From a virus, in the IMG/VR virus record IMGVR_UViG_3300010962_000004: a stretch of DNA of 45,005 nt; one strand, written 5' to 3'. The notes beneath the pieces are model-generated. The model saw only the letters and a list, made by a program, of their open reading frames with translations, ran no database searches and had not been told where the DNA came from. The position numbers were made by a program, and so were the translations under genes. How positions within the stretch are numbered: position 1 is the stretch's first letter; the number at the start of each line of letters is the position of its first letter. Positions 34,856 to 42,329 of this stretch are shown piece after piece.

Positions 34856-36376
34856 TTATTTTTCCTCGCTTTCGAAAGTTAAGTCTTGTCCAGCAACAAC
34901 ACGGCTGATTATGAGTTGTCCATTCGGTTCCTTAAACTTAGTAATGGTTTCTGCATTATCTACAAAGCAAGGTACGATAAGATCACTTTGCCCTGATAAG
35001 ACATCTCGAACTTCAAGGCCAGCTCTAGTTTGTTCACTAAATGAAAGTTTCATATAGTCTTTGCCATCCATTTGGACAATGAAGGTTGGTTTATTGTCAC
35101 CTGTTGTTTTCACTTCTTCGAACAGTTTTATTGATAAATTTTCGAATAAGTCTTGAACCTTTTTGACTTGTAATTCTGCCTCTTTTGCCTTGAAATCCTT
35201 AATGGTATCCAGGATAAAAATGGACTCATTAAGTGATTCAAGCGTTTCTTTTTCATTAGCTTCTGCAGCATTAACTTGTTCCTCTAAGAACTTATACTCC
35301 CTATGTTTAGAGATCTCATATTCTATTGGACTTATCTTCTCTTGAAGCGAACGCGCTTTTTCCATTTGCTCAGATACGTCCACGTATTCAAGTGTTTTAA
35401 GTTCTTCTTCTAATGCTTTCCGTTCATCTACAACTTTTTGGAATTTCGATTTTACTTGTTGAATACGTTGCTCTTTTTCTGCCTCTACAGCATCAATAGC
35501 TTCATCTTGTAACGTTTGGTGACAAACACGGCAAGTATCTTGTATAGGTTCGTTTTTTAGCTGATTAAAGGTTTCTTTGATACGATCACGTTCTGTTGTC
35601 AAAATTTGAATTTCGGTATGAAGCCTGTTTATTCGGCCATTTGTTTCCTGTGCTTTATCAGTCACAGCCTCTATAGCATTTCGTTCTTTAACAAGCTGGT
35701 TTAATTCCACATTTAGCGAGTCTAAAGGAACTGTGGGAGCATTTTTTTCTAACTGCTCTCGTAACGTCTTGGTACGACTCTGAGCACCTATATATTGTTT
35801 GTCCAACTTAGTTTTATTGGATCGATGAATCTTATCTAAATCCTCTAAAGAATGCTTTTTGACTAATGTGGCCAACTTGTCCGATTGTGGTTTAGAAAGC
35901 TCTTTTAATACTTCTTTATTTGCAGGTGCAGTCGTATATTTTAAAATCATTTGACGCTGTTTTTCCCAATGCAATGTGAAGAAATAACTTGGATTAAACA
36001 GCGATAAAAATAAATCTTTATCAAATAGCTTTTCCACTACCTCGTTAAATTCAGTTGCTTTGGAAGGTACCTCATTTACATAGAACTTATTACGACCTTT
36101 CACAATTTCACGGCCAAGTAGTAGCTCTCCATCTTCAACACTTAATAACAATGTCACAAGCGTATTCTCTGCTTGATACGTTACTGGTGAAGGATCAAGT
36201 TTGCTCCCCACCAGGTCAGTACCGTATAATAAGAATGTAATTGCTTCACCAATGGAGCTTTTACCTTTTGCATTATCTGCGAGGATCTTAGTCATGTCGC
36301 CAAACTTAACTACTAGATCCTTGTGGCTTTTGAAATTCTGCAAGGTTAATTGATTGAATTTTATTTCCATTTTCAT
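34856..36376 (-). CDS. AAA/SMC-Rad50-SbcC-like ATPase with a long coiled coil
   Basis: N-terminal LTLQNFKSHKDLVVKF...DNAKGKSSIGEAITFLLYG (Walker A), a central coiled coil with a CxxC hook-like motif (CRVCHQ), and a strong Shine-Dalgarno site GGGAGG. Confidence 0.75.
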   Translation of the reverse strand: MKMEIKFNQLTLQNFKSHKDLVVKFGDMTKILADNAKGKSSIGEAITFLLYGTDLVGSKLDPSPVTYQAENTLVTLLLSVEDGELLLGREIVKGRNKFYVNEVPSKATEFNEVVEKLFDKDLFLSLFNPSYFFTLHWEKQRQMILKYTTAPANKEVLKELSKPQSDKLATLVKKHSLEDLDKIHRSNKTKLDKQYIGAQSRTKTLREQLEKNAPTVPLDSLNVELNQLVKERNAIEAVTDKAQETNGRINRLHTEIQILTTERDRIKETFNQLKNEPIQDTCRVCHQTLQDEAIDAVEAEKEQRIQQVKSKFQKVVDERKALEEELKTLEYVDVSEQMEKARSLQEKISPIEYEISKHREYKFLEEQVNAAEANEKETLESLNESIFILDTIKDFKAKEAELQVKKVQDLFENLSIKLFEEVKTTGDNKPTFIVQMDGKDYMKLSFSEQTRAGLEVRDVLSGQSDLIVPCFVDNAETITKFKEPNGQLIISRVVAGQDLTFESEEK

Positions 36377-36602
36377 AATCCTCCCGTACCCTATTAAACT
36401 TTTTCCACTCTTCTGGAAACGTATATTGTTGATCTATCATTTGAACAACAATAAAATCATCTCCATCTACTACACGTACCTCACGAAACAACTTACTTTG
36501 CAACTGCGTATAACGGAACACTTCCTCTGCATCGTTTAACATGACAGCAGGCGTATGCCATTCTCCATCACCAGGTACAGGAAAACAATATCCTTTAAAC
36601 AT
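36306..36602 (-). CDS. Hypothetical protein (98 aa), 3' end overlaps the ATPase start
   Basis: ATG after the Shine-Dalgarno site GAGGTGA. The roughly 70-nt overlap makes the 3' end uncertain. Confidence 0.45.
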   Translation of the reverse strand: MFKGYCFPVPGDGEWHTPAVMLNDAEEVFRYTQLQSKLFREVRVVDGDDFIVVQMIDQQYTFPEEWKKFNRVREDYENGNKIQSINLAEFQKPQGSSS

Positions 36603-36606
36603 TCGT

Positions 36607-36735
36607 TCACCTCTTTTCCATCACAATGTGACCAAGTTGCCAGGCCTCTACAAATTCATGAAACTCCCAACCTTTATTGACAAGGTCGTGTTTTACAAAA
36701 TAATCCCCCAGGACTTCTAAAAGACAATCATTCAT
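36607..36735 (-). CDS. Small hypothetical protein (42 aa)
   Basis: Not in the ORF track. The Shine-Dalgarno site AGGTGA lies 5 nt before the ATG. Translation: MNDCLLEVLGDYFVKHDLVNKGWEFHEFVEAWQLGHIVMEKR. Confidence 0.45.
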   Translation of the reverse strand: MNDCLLEVLGDYFVKHDLVNKGWEFHEFVEAWQLGHIVMEKR

Positions 36736-36744
36736 TTATATCAC

Positions 36745-37017
36745 CTACTTCAACTCAATTTCAGTGATTAATTTTTTAGCTTCTTCGGGGCTTAAAATGA
36801 GCTTGCCGCCTAGTAAAACGAAATTGTCATCTGAGACTTCACCAGTAACCGCACACGCCATATCAGGCTTGTATTTTTTTAGAATTACTCCACCGTCACG
36901 GTCTGTAAAAATTTCTAATGGATCTCCTTCTGCAATTTCCAAAGTTCTACGAATTTCCTTTGGGATAACCACACGTCCTAAATCATCGATTCTACGAACA
37001 ATTCCTGTTGCTTTCAT
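36745..37017 (-). CDS. AbrB/SpoVT-family DNA-binding protein (AbrB-like transition-state regulator homologue)
   Basis: MKATGIVRRIDDLGRVVIPKEIRRTLEIAEGDPLEIFTDRDGGVILKKYKP closely follows the AbrB N-terminal swapped-hairpin domain pattern. Confidence 0.85.
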   Translation of the reverse strand: MKATGIVRRIDDLGRVVIPKEIRRTLEIAEGDPLEIFTDRDGGVILKKYKPDMACAVTGEVSDDNFVLLGGKLILSPEEAKKLITEIELK

Positions 37018-37634
37018 TTTGTTTTCTCCTTTCGATTAAGAGCGCCCATTTTTGTATAGATATTTGCAATTACAACACCTGTCTTAGTAAGCTCAGGATC
37101 TAGATGAAATAATTTATTTTGATTCATCCTTGCTAGCTGCGCTCGAGTAATTAACTGTAAATTTTCTAGTGAAATATTAAGTTTGTTTTGATCAAGAAAA
37201 ATTAGAACATGACCTTTTGGTATTGGACCATTTGCCTTTTCCCATACCACCTTGTGTTTATGTCTCCATCTTTCATGCCAAGTACCTGAGTCAGAAACTT
37301 TAATTAATACGTAACCGTCACGGTCAATTCGCTCAGTACCTACAGGTTTATAATTCTTTGGCGTATCCCCTTTTTTGAAAGAAGTGCGATTGCCTCCCAC
37401 GTTGTAAAGCCCTTTTGTACCTTTATTAACAGGTGTACTACCTTTTTCAAATTGTCCTGTACGACCACTAGTAATATTGTGATTTGTCAAACAAGCTTTT
37501 AATTGATTCATGTTGATATTTAATTGAAATTCTTGATTGAGCAAAATTAGCAGATCTATTTGACTATTTGATGGATAATGCTTACGTAAAAATTCTTTTT
37601 GCTCATGTGTCCAGGTATGACGCAATAACCTCAC
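37014..37634 (-). CDS. HNH endonuclease (HNH_3 type, free-standing)
   Basis: RIDRDGYVLIKV...HKHKVVWEKANGPIPKGHVLIFLDQNKLNISLENLQLITRAQ. Confidence 0.8.
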   Translation of the reverse strand: MRLLRHTWTHEQKEFLRKHYPSNSQIDLLILLNQEFQLNINMNQLKACLTNHNITSGRTGQFEKGSTPVNKGTKGLYNVGGNRTSFKKGDTPKNYKPVGTERIDRDGYVLIKVSDSGTWHERWRHKHKVVWEKANGPIPKGHVLIFLDQNKLNISLENLQLITRAQLARMNQNKLFHLDPELTKTGVVIANIYTKMGALNRKEKTK

Positions 37635-37867
37635 CCTTTCAGCAATTTTGGCTTTTCAGCATCGAGATTTAATCTATCTGGATTGTCATAAAATTTTTGA
37701 GCTTGTAACACTAAGGAACCGTTAGAGATAATTTGATTTGCTACGCTTGTAACAGCCTTAGCTCTTTCAATTTCCTCCGTTAATTTATTACCAACCAAAT
37801 CTTCATCACTCAATCGCTCGAGCTGTGCAAATAAATGATTGTTTAAATCACCTAGTGTGTTTTTCAT
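37631..37867 (-). CDS. Hypothetical protein (78 aa)
   Basis: Packed ORF with overlapping stop and start codons. Confidence 0.45.
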   Translation of the reverse strand: MKNTLGDLNNHLFAQLERLSDEDLVGNKLTEEIERAKAVTSVANQIISNGSLVLQAQKFYDNPDRLNLDAEKPKLLKG

Positions 37868-38208
37868 TCATCCTCTCTTCCTTTCACTGGCAGATCAAAC
37901 CACTTGGCAACAGCTAACATGCCACCTAAAAAGTCTTTTTCGAACATAATGTCAGATTGTGAATACTTGTCGTAGAAGTAATTAAATTTTTCTACTGGTG
38001 TTTCATTTACTTCATAACCGATATATAAAGCGCGTGTGAGCATATCTAAACTGATACTGTTTAATGCTCGATTATGGTCTAACAACCATCCTTCTGGTTT
38101 TGTAACATGAGCATAAATAATCGCTTCATTACTAAAAGTTCTAGTAACATGATCAAGAGCATCTGCAACCTCGCGACTAACCTTCACCTTGTCCATTAAA
38201 GGCACCAT
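37864..38208 (-). CDS. Hypothetical protein (about 110 aa)
   Basis: Packed ORF. The start may be ATG 38196, after AGGATGGTG. Confidence 0.45.
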   Translation of the reverse strand: MVPLMDKVKVSREVADALDHVTRTFSNEAIIYAHVTKPEGWLLDHNRALNSISLDMLTRALYIGYEVNETPVEKFNYFYDKYSQSDIMFEKDFLGGMLAVAKWFDLPVKGREDE

Positions 38209-38212
38209 CCTT

Positions 38213-38437
38213 TCAACTAGTTATTTTCATGAACAGCTCACGATCATTATTAGCAAGAGCCATATCGATCAAATGTTGGCGGTTCATTTCTTCGATTTCA
38301 TTTACAAGATTGATAGTATTTGGATTTAAGAGAATGCCATCTTCCTTAATCAAATGTCCTTCATTTACAGCCATTTCAATAGCTTTAGCAGCTGCTGCTC
38401 TGAATAAGTCCTCAAATAACTGAATCACCCCTACCAT
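38213..38437 (-). CDS. Hypothetical protein (74 aa)
   Basis: Packed ORF in the early block. Confidence 0.4.
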   Translation of the reverse strand: MVGVIQLFEDLFRAAAAKAIEMAVNEGHLIKEDGILLNPNTINLVNEIEEMNRQHLIDMALANNDRELFMKITS

Positions 38438-38691
38438 TTAATAGTTAGACCTAAACCTGATAAATGTTTGCTAGTTGTATAGCCATTCTCTTTTAATGTC
38501 TGTTGGAATATAGCAACGATTTGCTTATTAGTATTGTGGTAATACGTATACTCACAAAGACCTTTCTCAGCTTGATTTTCAATGCCTTTTATAAGGTTTT
38601 TGAAATCATCACTTTGCAATGCATCAGCCTTTAATTTGTCAAAGTTGCTGACACTTACTTTTTTCATCTCAGCTGCAGGTTGTAGTTTCAT
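38431..38691 (-). CDS. Hypothetical protein (86 aa)
   Basis: ORF divergent from the plus-strand gene at 38750. Confidence 0.45.
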   Translation of the reverse strand: MKLQPAAEMKKVSVSNFDKLKADALQSDDFKNLIKGIENQAEKGLCEYTYYHNTNKQIVAIFQQTLKENGYTTSKHLSGLGLTIKW

Positions 38692-38717
38692 TTTTATTCC
38701 TCCTTATATTTCCTTTC

Positions 38718-38726
38718 TGTTAAACT
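38718..38726 (+). promoter_or_regulatory. Extended -10 promoter (TGtTAAACT) for the 38750 gene, inside the duplicated 18-mer cctttctgttaaactatt
   Basis: The same 18-mer occurs at 38712-38729 and 40764-40781, each 20-25 nt upstream of a plus-strand start codon. Confidence 0.5.
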
Positions 38727-38749
38727 ATTGGTAGAAAGGTGGTGTTAAC

Positions 38750-39097
38750 ATGGCTATAGAAACACATGAAAATAAATACTTAAAAAATTGTTTGAGATGC
38801 AATCATGAAATTACTGATTTAACTGAAGATCACATTTATTGCACTCAATGTGGTTCACCTATTCGTAATGAATGTACTGGAACATTATCTTTCATTGAAG
38901 ATATCAATGAACTACCAGAACATGATTTTGAAGGTGAAGATGAGTTCGTTCTAGAACCAGATGCTGCATATTGTCCAAAATGCGCTTCACCATCTCTTTT
39001 CAATCAAGAACAATTAATTGAAGTACGGTATGCAACAGTTGAAATGGTTAAACAAACTGGATTTAAGATTAGTGAAGAGGATGAAATTCCGTTTTAG
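38750..39097 (+). CDS. Double zinc-ribbon protein (115 aa), plus-strand gene embedded in the minus-strand early block
   Basis: CLRCNHE...CTQCGSP and CPKCASP motifs. Shine-Dalgarno site GAAAGGTGG. Confidence 0.6.
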   Translation: MAIETHENKYLKNCLRCNHEITDLTEDHIYCTQCGSPIRNECTGTLSFIEDINELPEHDFEGEDEFVLEPDAAYCPKCASPSLFNQEQLIEVRYATVEMVKQTGFKISEEDEIPF

Positions 39098-39224
39098 TAA
39101 CCGTATTTAGTTCCAGTTTTGTCCCACAGCGTGTGCAGTATTTAGCTTCTGGTATGTGAAATTCTTTACTGCACACGTTGCATTTACATTGCATTGTTTC
39201 AGTAGGCATAATTTTTGTTCCCAC
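39069..39224 (-). CDS. Small zinc-ribbon protein (51 aa), convergent with and overlapping the 38750 gene
   Basis: Not in the ORF track. GTG start 8 nt after GGAGG. Contains QCKCNVCSKEFHIPEAKYCTRCGTKL. Confidence 0.5.
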   Translation of the reverse strand: MGTKIMPTETMQCKCNVCSKEFHIPEAKYCTRCGTKLELNTVTKTEFHPLH

Positions 39225-39242
39225 TCAATCAACCTCCAAATA

Positions 39243-39277
39243 GTTTGATAGATTTACTTTGTTTGATAGATTTACTT
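39243..39277. repeat. Tandem 17-bp repeat gtttgatagatttactt x2 (period 18)
   Basis: Exact copies at 39243-39259 and 39261-39277, in an intergenic gap. Confidence 0.9.
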
Positions 39278-39335
39278 TTGACGTGCTGATACTGCTTTCT
39301 TTAATGCTTCACCGACTAATACGACTGGAACTGGT

Positions 39336-39551
39336 TTAATTTTCATTTGGTTTCACCTCGCACCAATCTTTGTCCACAGGATCTAAAAAATAGTTTTTAT
39401 CATTAACCACATAAAAAGGTATTTCTCCAAATCTCGAACCTGCGACTGGAAATATCACTTCCATACCATCCAATACATCTACGTGGTTTCCTAATGCCTT
39501 TTTGACACTTAGAGGCGCATGTTGCTTAAAGAGTTTTTTGCTAAACCGCAT
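39336..39551 (-). CDS. Hypothetical protein (71 aa)
   Basis: ORF in the early block. Confidence 0.45.
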   Translation of the reverse strand: MRFSKKLFKQHAPLSVKKALGNHVDVLDGMEVIFPVAGSRFGEIPFYVVNDKNYFLDPVDKDWCEVKPNEN

Positions 39552-39624
39552 TTCTTCGCCAACTTTCTCAACATCAATTGCTTGTCCTCATCCGACATTG
39601 CTAGCCATTTTAGGTTGGTTGTGT

Positions 39625-39810
39625 TCATTTGGTTTCACCGCCTTCTGTATTAGTGATTAACCAATGCTCAATTGTAGGTCTGTGAAACAAAATTCTTCCT
39701 CTCACTTTTGTATGAGGAATTTCTTTTTCGCGCGCCATAGTATAAATAGTTGTTTTACTAACGCCCAATTCACTTGCAACTTCATCTACCGACATAGTGA
39801 GTTTTTCCAC
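39625..39810 (-). CDS. Excisionase-type/MerR-like HTH DNA-binding protein
   Basis: MSVDEVASELGVSKTTIYTMAREKEIPHTKVRGRILFHRPTIEHWL. The likely GTG start at 39810 follows GTGAGGTGA. Confidence 0.65.
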   Translation of the reverse strand: MEKLTMSVDEVASELGVSKTTIYTMAREKEIPHTKVRGRILFHRPTIEHWLITNTEGGETK

Positions 39811-39820
39811 ATGCTTCACC

Positions 39821-40012
39821 TCACTTAATCCCAAAAACTTGTATGATTTTAAGTACCAACTCATTAGCGCGCGGACCTGTTTTCTTACCTGTTAAAACTT
39901 CCTGTACGTACACAGGTGTTTTGTTGACCATTAACCCTAGTTGTTCATAGGTCATGTTTTTGCTTTCCTTGTACTCTAGAATTCTTCTGCGTGCTTCCAT
40001 TGTTTCTGGCAT
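39821..40012 (-). CDS. Small XRE-like HTH protein (63 aa)
   Basis: MTYEQLGLMVNKTPVYVQEVLTGKK. ATG after the Shine-Dalgarno site AAAGGAAG (the ORF track starts at 40123). Confidence 0.55.
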   Translation of the reverse strand: MPETMEARRRILEYKESKNMTYEQLGLMVNKTPVYVQEVLTGKKTGPRANELVLKIIQVFGIK

Positions 40013-40028
40013 ACTTACACTTCCTTTC

Positions 40029-40742
40029 TCACTCAAAAGCCATTTGGCTATTGCAACTGTCAATTTCAATTTGCAATGATGTGGAAGGCCTCCATAACTG
40101 AATAAATCGCAACGCCTCACCATACTTTACTTTTGGTATATCTCCGTACCTTGGAACTTTAAAATATTGCTTGAACTCATTCCAAAATGCAGAGAACACT
40201 TTTTTGCTAATTTCTTGGTAAGCTATTGAATCTTTACCGCCTAAAGCTTGTACAATAGATTGTTTAGCAGCTTGTTGGATTTCTTGTTGTTGTAGACCAT
40301 CTATCCGCATATTGCCTTTTAGGTAGTCCACATCAGTTTTGATTTCTTTGATAGCCTGCTCATGTTGTAATGCTGCCTGTAATGCAACCTCTAAGCTACT
40401 GTATTGAGGTGGTTGTTCAATCACCTTGTAATACTCGTCCACCAGCAATTCGTATGCTTCCCATGCCTTGTCAGTATTTAATGACTTGGCATGCAACCAA
40501 GCACCTTTTTCTGTCCAGAGGTAGAGTTTATTTAGGTTTTGCGGAAGGTCAATTTGTCCTTTTGCCCTAAAATCTCGAAGTTCTTCACCTTCTAATAAAA
40601 AGAAATGCTTGTTTTCTACATAGCGTTCTTTATTACGGTTGAAGTTCCTTACGATACGTTCTGGTTCTGCTTCATAATTTTCAGCAAGCTGCGCTGTTGT
40701 TAAAACTCGTCTACCACGTAACTCAATAACTATTAATTCCAA
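40029..40742 (-). CDS. ORF6N/KilAC-type antirepressor-like DNA-binding protein
   Basis: IELRGRRVLTTAQLAENYEAEPERIVRNFNRNKERYVENKHFFLLEGEEL is a typical ORF6N domain. TTG start after GGAAGGAGG. Confidence 0.7.
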   Translation of the reverse strand: MELIVIELRGRRVLTTAQLAENYEAEPERIVRNFNRNKERYVENKHFFLLEGEELRDFRAKGQIDLPQNLNKLYLWTEKGAWLHAKSLNTDKAWEAYELLVDEYYKVIEQPPQYSSLEVALQAALQHEQAIKEIKTDVDYLKGNMRIDGLQQQEIQQAAKQSIVQALGGKDSIAYQEISKKVFSAFWNEFKQYFKVPRYGDIPKVKYGEALRFIQLWRPSTSLQIEIDSCNSQMAFE

Positions 40743-40769
40743 AATATTTCCTCCTTCCAATTACCTTTC

Positions 40770-40778
40770 TGTTAAACT
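40770..40778 (+). promoter_or_regulatory. Extended -10 promoter (TGtTAAACT) for the 40803 gene, second copy of the 18-mer
   Basis: See 38718-38726. The 18-mer spans 40764-40781. Confidence 0.5.
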
Positions 40779-40802
40779 ATTTCTGAAAGGTAGGTGATAC
40801 AT

Positions 40803-41066
40803 ATGAATTTTTATTTTCAAGACTTTGCGAGTGACCTTGTAGAATTCGAGATAATTAGAAACCTAGAAGTCGTCGGAACAACTAGGGGACTTTTTAATCG
40901 CGAGAGTGGTTCAGACGTTTGGCAGCTTTACCCGGACGCCAAAATACAAACTGGAGATATACTTCGCGATACAAAAAGAAGCAAGTCTTATCAAATCAAT
41001 AATTTTGAATTAGATAGCTTTGCAGGGTCTGATTTCTACCAAGTCTTTTTCACGGTCATTTCTTAA
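40803..41066 (+). CDS. Hypothetical protein (87 aa), plus-strand embedded gene
   Basis: ATG 40803 follows the Shine-Dalgarno site AAAGGTAGGTGA. The 3' end overlaps the convergent gene 41056-41274. Confidence 0.5.
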   Translation: MNFYFQDFASDLVEFEIIRNLEVVGTTRGLFNRESGSDVWQLYPDAKIQTGDILRDTKRSKSYQINNFELDSFAGSDFYQVFFTVIS

Positions 41067-41274
41067 TTATTTTTCTGCCCATAAACAGGTAGAAATTGTG
41101 ACTGTTCTTTGCGAAATGATTTAAAAGTTCATGAAAGTCTTCCTCTGAATAGTTTTCGATTTCAGCGGAGAACAAAAACTTCACTTTAGTTCCGTGTTCA
41201 AGCGTTTCTGTGTATTCCTTAGATTCAGCAGTAGTCACCGTTGCAGCGGTGTCTACTTTTTTGTCTTTCTCCAT
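41056..41274 (-). CDS. Hypothetical protein (72 aa)
   Basis: ATG after the Shine-Dalgarno site GGAGAGGGGGAG. Confidence 0.5.
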   Translation of the reverse strand: MEKDKKVDTAATVTTAESKEYTETLEHGTKVKFLFSAEIENYSEEDFHELLNHFAKNSHNFYLFMGRKIIKK

Positions 41275-41365
41275 CCTTACTCCCCCTCTCCTGCTCTTTT
41301 ATTTAATGCTGCTACCGTCTCATCAGCTATAAGTCCATATAAATTCCACACATTTCCTTTTCATT

Positions 41366-41374
41366 TGGTATAAT
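41366..41374 (+). promoter_or_regulatory. Extended -10 promoter TGgTATAAT for the 41401 gene, inside the duplicated 17-mer tttggtataattcacct
   Basis: The 17-mer occurs at 41364-41380 and 41896-41912, each about 20 nt before a plus-strand start codon. Confidence 0.6.
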
Positions 41375-41400
41375 TCACCTATAGAAAGGAAGGTGATTGC

Positions 41401-41619
41401 ATGTATATTTATAGAAGTCCGATTGGTATTTTTTCTATTCGTTTATTTAATGGTCGATACGCTCTATGTTTTGCTAACGTTGTGTTGGGTTACTATCATT
41501 CTGCTGTTGCAGCAGCAGATGATGTATATACACATACAACAGGTCACTATGATTGGGATGCCCTAGATTGCCAAATAGATAATGTACCTACAGATGTTCA
41601 TGAATGGGAACGTATTTAA
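41401..41619 (+). CDS. Hypothetical protein (72 aa), plus-strand embedded gene
   Basis: Shine-Dalgarno site GGAAGGTGA followed by ATG. Contains GYYHSAVAAADDVYTHTTGHYDWDAL. Confidence 0.55.
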   Translation: MYIYRSPIGIFSIRLFNGRYALCFANVVLGYYHSAVAAADDVYTHTTGHYDWDALDCQIDNVPTDVHEWERI

Positions 41620-41627
41620 CGTTCTCT

Positions 41628-41795
41628 TCAATCCATATGTTTATTAACTTTCTTGCAAACACTGATTGCACGTACAAGCTCAGCAAGTGCAAAAATTTCT
41701 TCTGAGCTTGTCATCTCATTAAGGGATTCTGCCTTGCGAATAATTGCATTTTCTACTGAATTAACCATATATTCAGTAATACTCTTTTCTTCCAT
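41628..41795 (-). CDS. Hypothetical protein (about 55 aa)
   Basis: ATG after GGAAGGTGAGG (the ORF-track TTG start is at 41813). Confidence 0.45.
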   Translation of the reverse strand: MEEKSITEYMVNSVENAIIRKAESLNEMTSSEEIFALAELVRAISVCKKVNKHMD

Positions 41796-41897
41796 TTCCT
41801 CACCTTCCTTCAAATAAAATTAGCGTTGCTACCGTCATATAAGCTATAAGTTCGAATTTGCTAGTTCATTGGCTACCAGCTCAGCGCTTAAAATGTT

Positions 41898-41906
41898 TGG
41901 TATAAT
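41898..41906 (+). promoter_or_regulatory. Extended -10 promoter TGgTATAAT for the 41931 gene, second copy of the 17-mer
   Basis: See 41366-41374. Confidence 0.6.
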
Positions 41907-41930
41907 TCACCTAGAAAGCGAGGTGATATC

Positions 41931-42152
41931 ATGACTACATTTACTGAAATAACAAAAACAATTGAAGTAACTGATTTCCATGAAGTAAATGAATTACTTA
42001 ATAAAAACTGGGTTTTGTTATCCGTTCACAATGGCACAAAAGATGACAAACCTACATTTTTCTATTCTTTAGGCTATCCTCAATCTGCTGTCGAAGCTGA
42101 CTACATCAACAGCGAAATTGAAAATCAACAGAAGGTATATTCATTTGAATAA
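41931..42152 (+). CDS. Hypothetical protein (73 aa), plus-strand embedded gene
   Basis: Shine-Dalgarno site GAGGTGA followed by ATG. Confidence 0.55.
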   Translation: MTTFTEITKTIEVTDFHEVNELLNKNWVLLSVHNGTKDDKPTFFYSLGYPQSAVEADYINSEIENQQKVYSFE

Positions 42153-42305
42153 CAAGTAAGCGAAAATCGCACCTTTATACGGATATGGTTTTACGTCCAA
42201 TAATCGCCACCCAGCTTTTAAACAAGCGTTTACGATATCCGTGTGAGTTTCTACTCTTAACTCCTTAACCTCTGCTAATGCAGGGGTTTCTTTTTTCTTA
42301 CTCAA
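42141..42305 (-). CDS. Small protein (54 aa), first gene of the leftward early operon
   Basis: Not in the ORF track. TTG start after the Shine-Dalgarno site GAGGTGAGAAGGA. Translation: MSKKKETPALAEVKELRVETHTDIVNACLKAGWRLLDVKPYPYKGAIFAYLLFK. It overlaps the 41931 gene by 12 nt. Confidence 0.5.
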   Translation of the reverse strand: MSKKKETPALAEVKELRVETHTDIVNACLKAGWRLLDVKPYPYKGAIFAYLLFK

Positions 42306-42329
42306 TCCTTCTCACCTCACTTTATTAAA

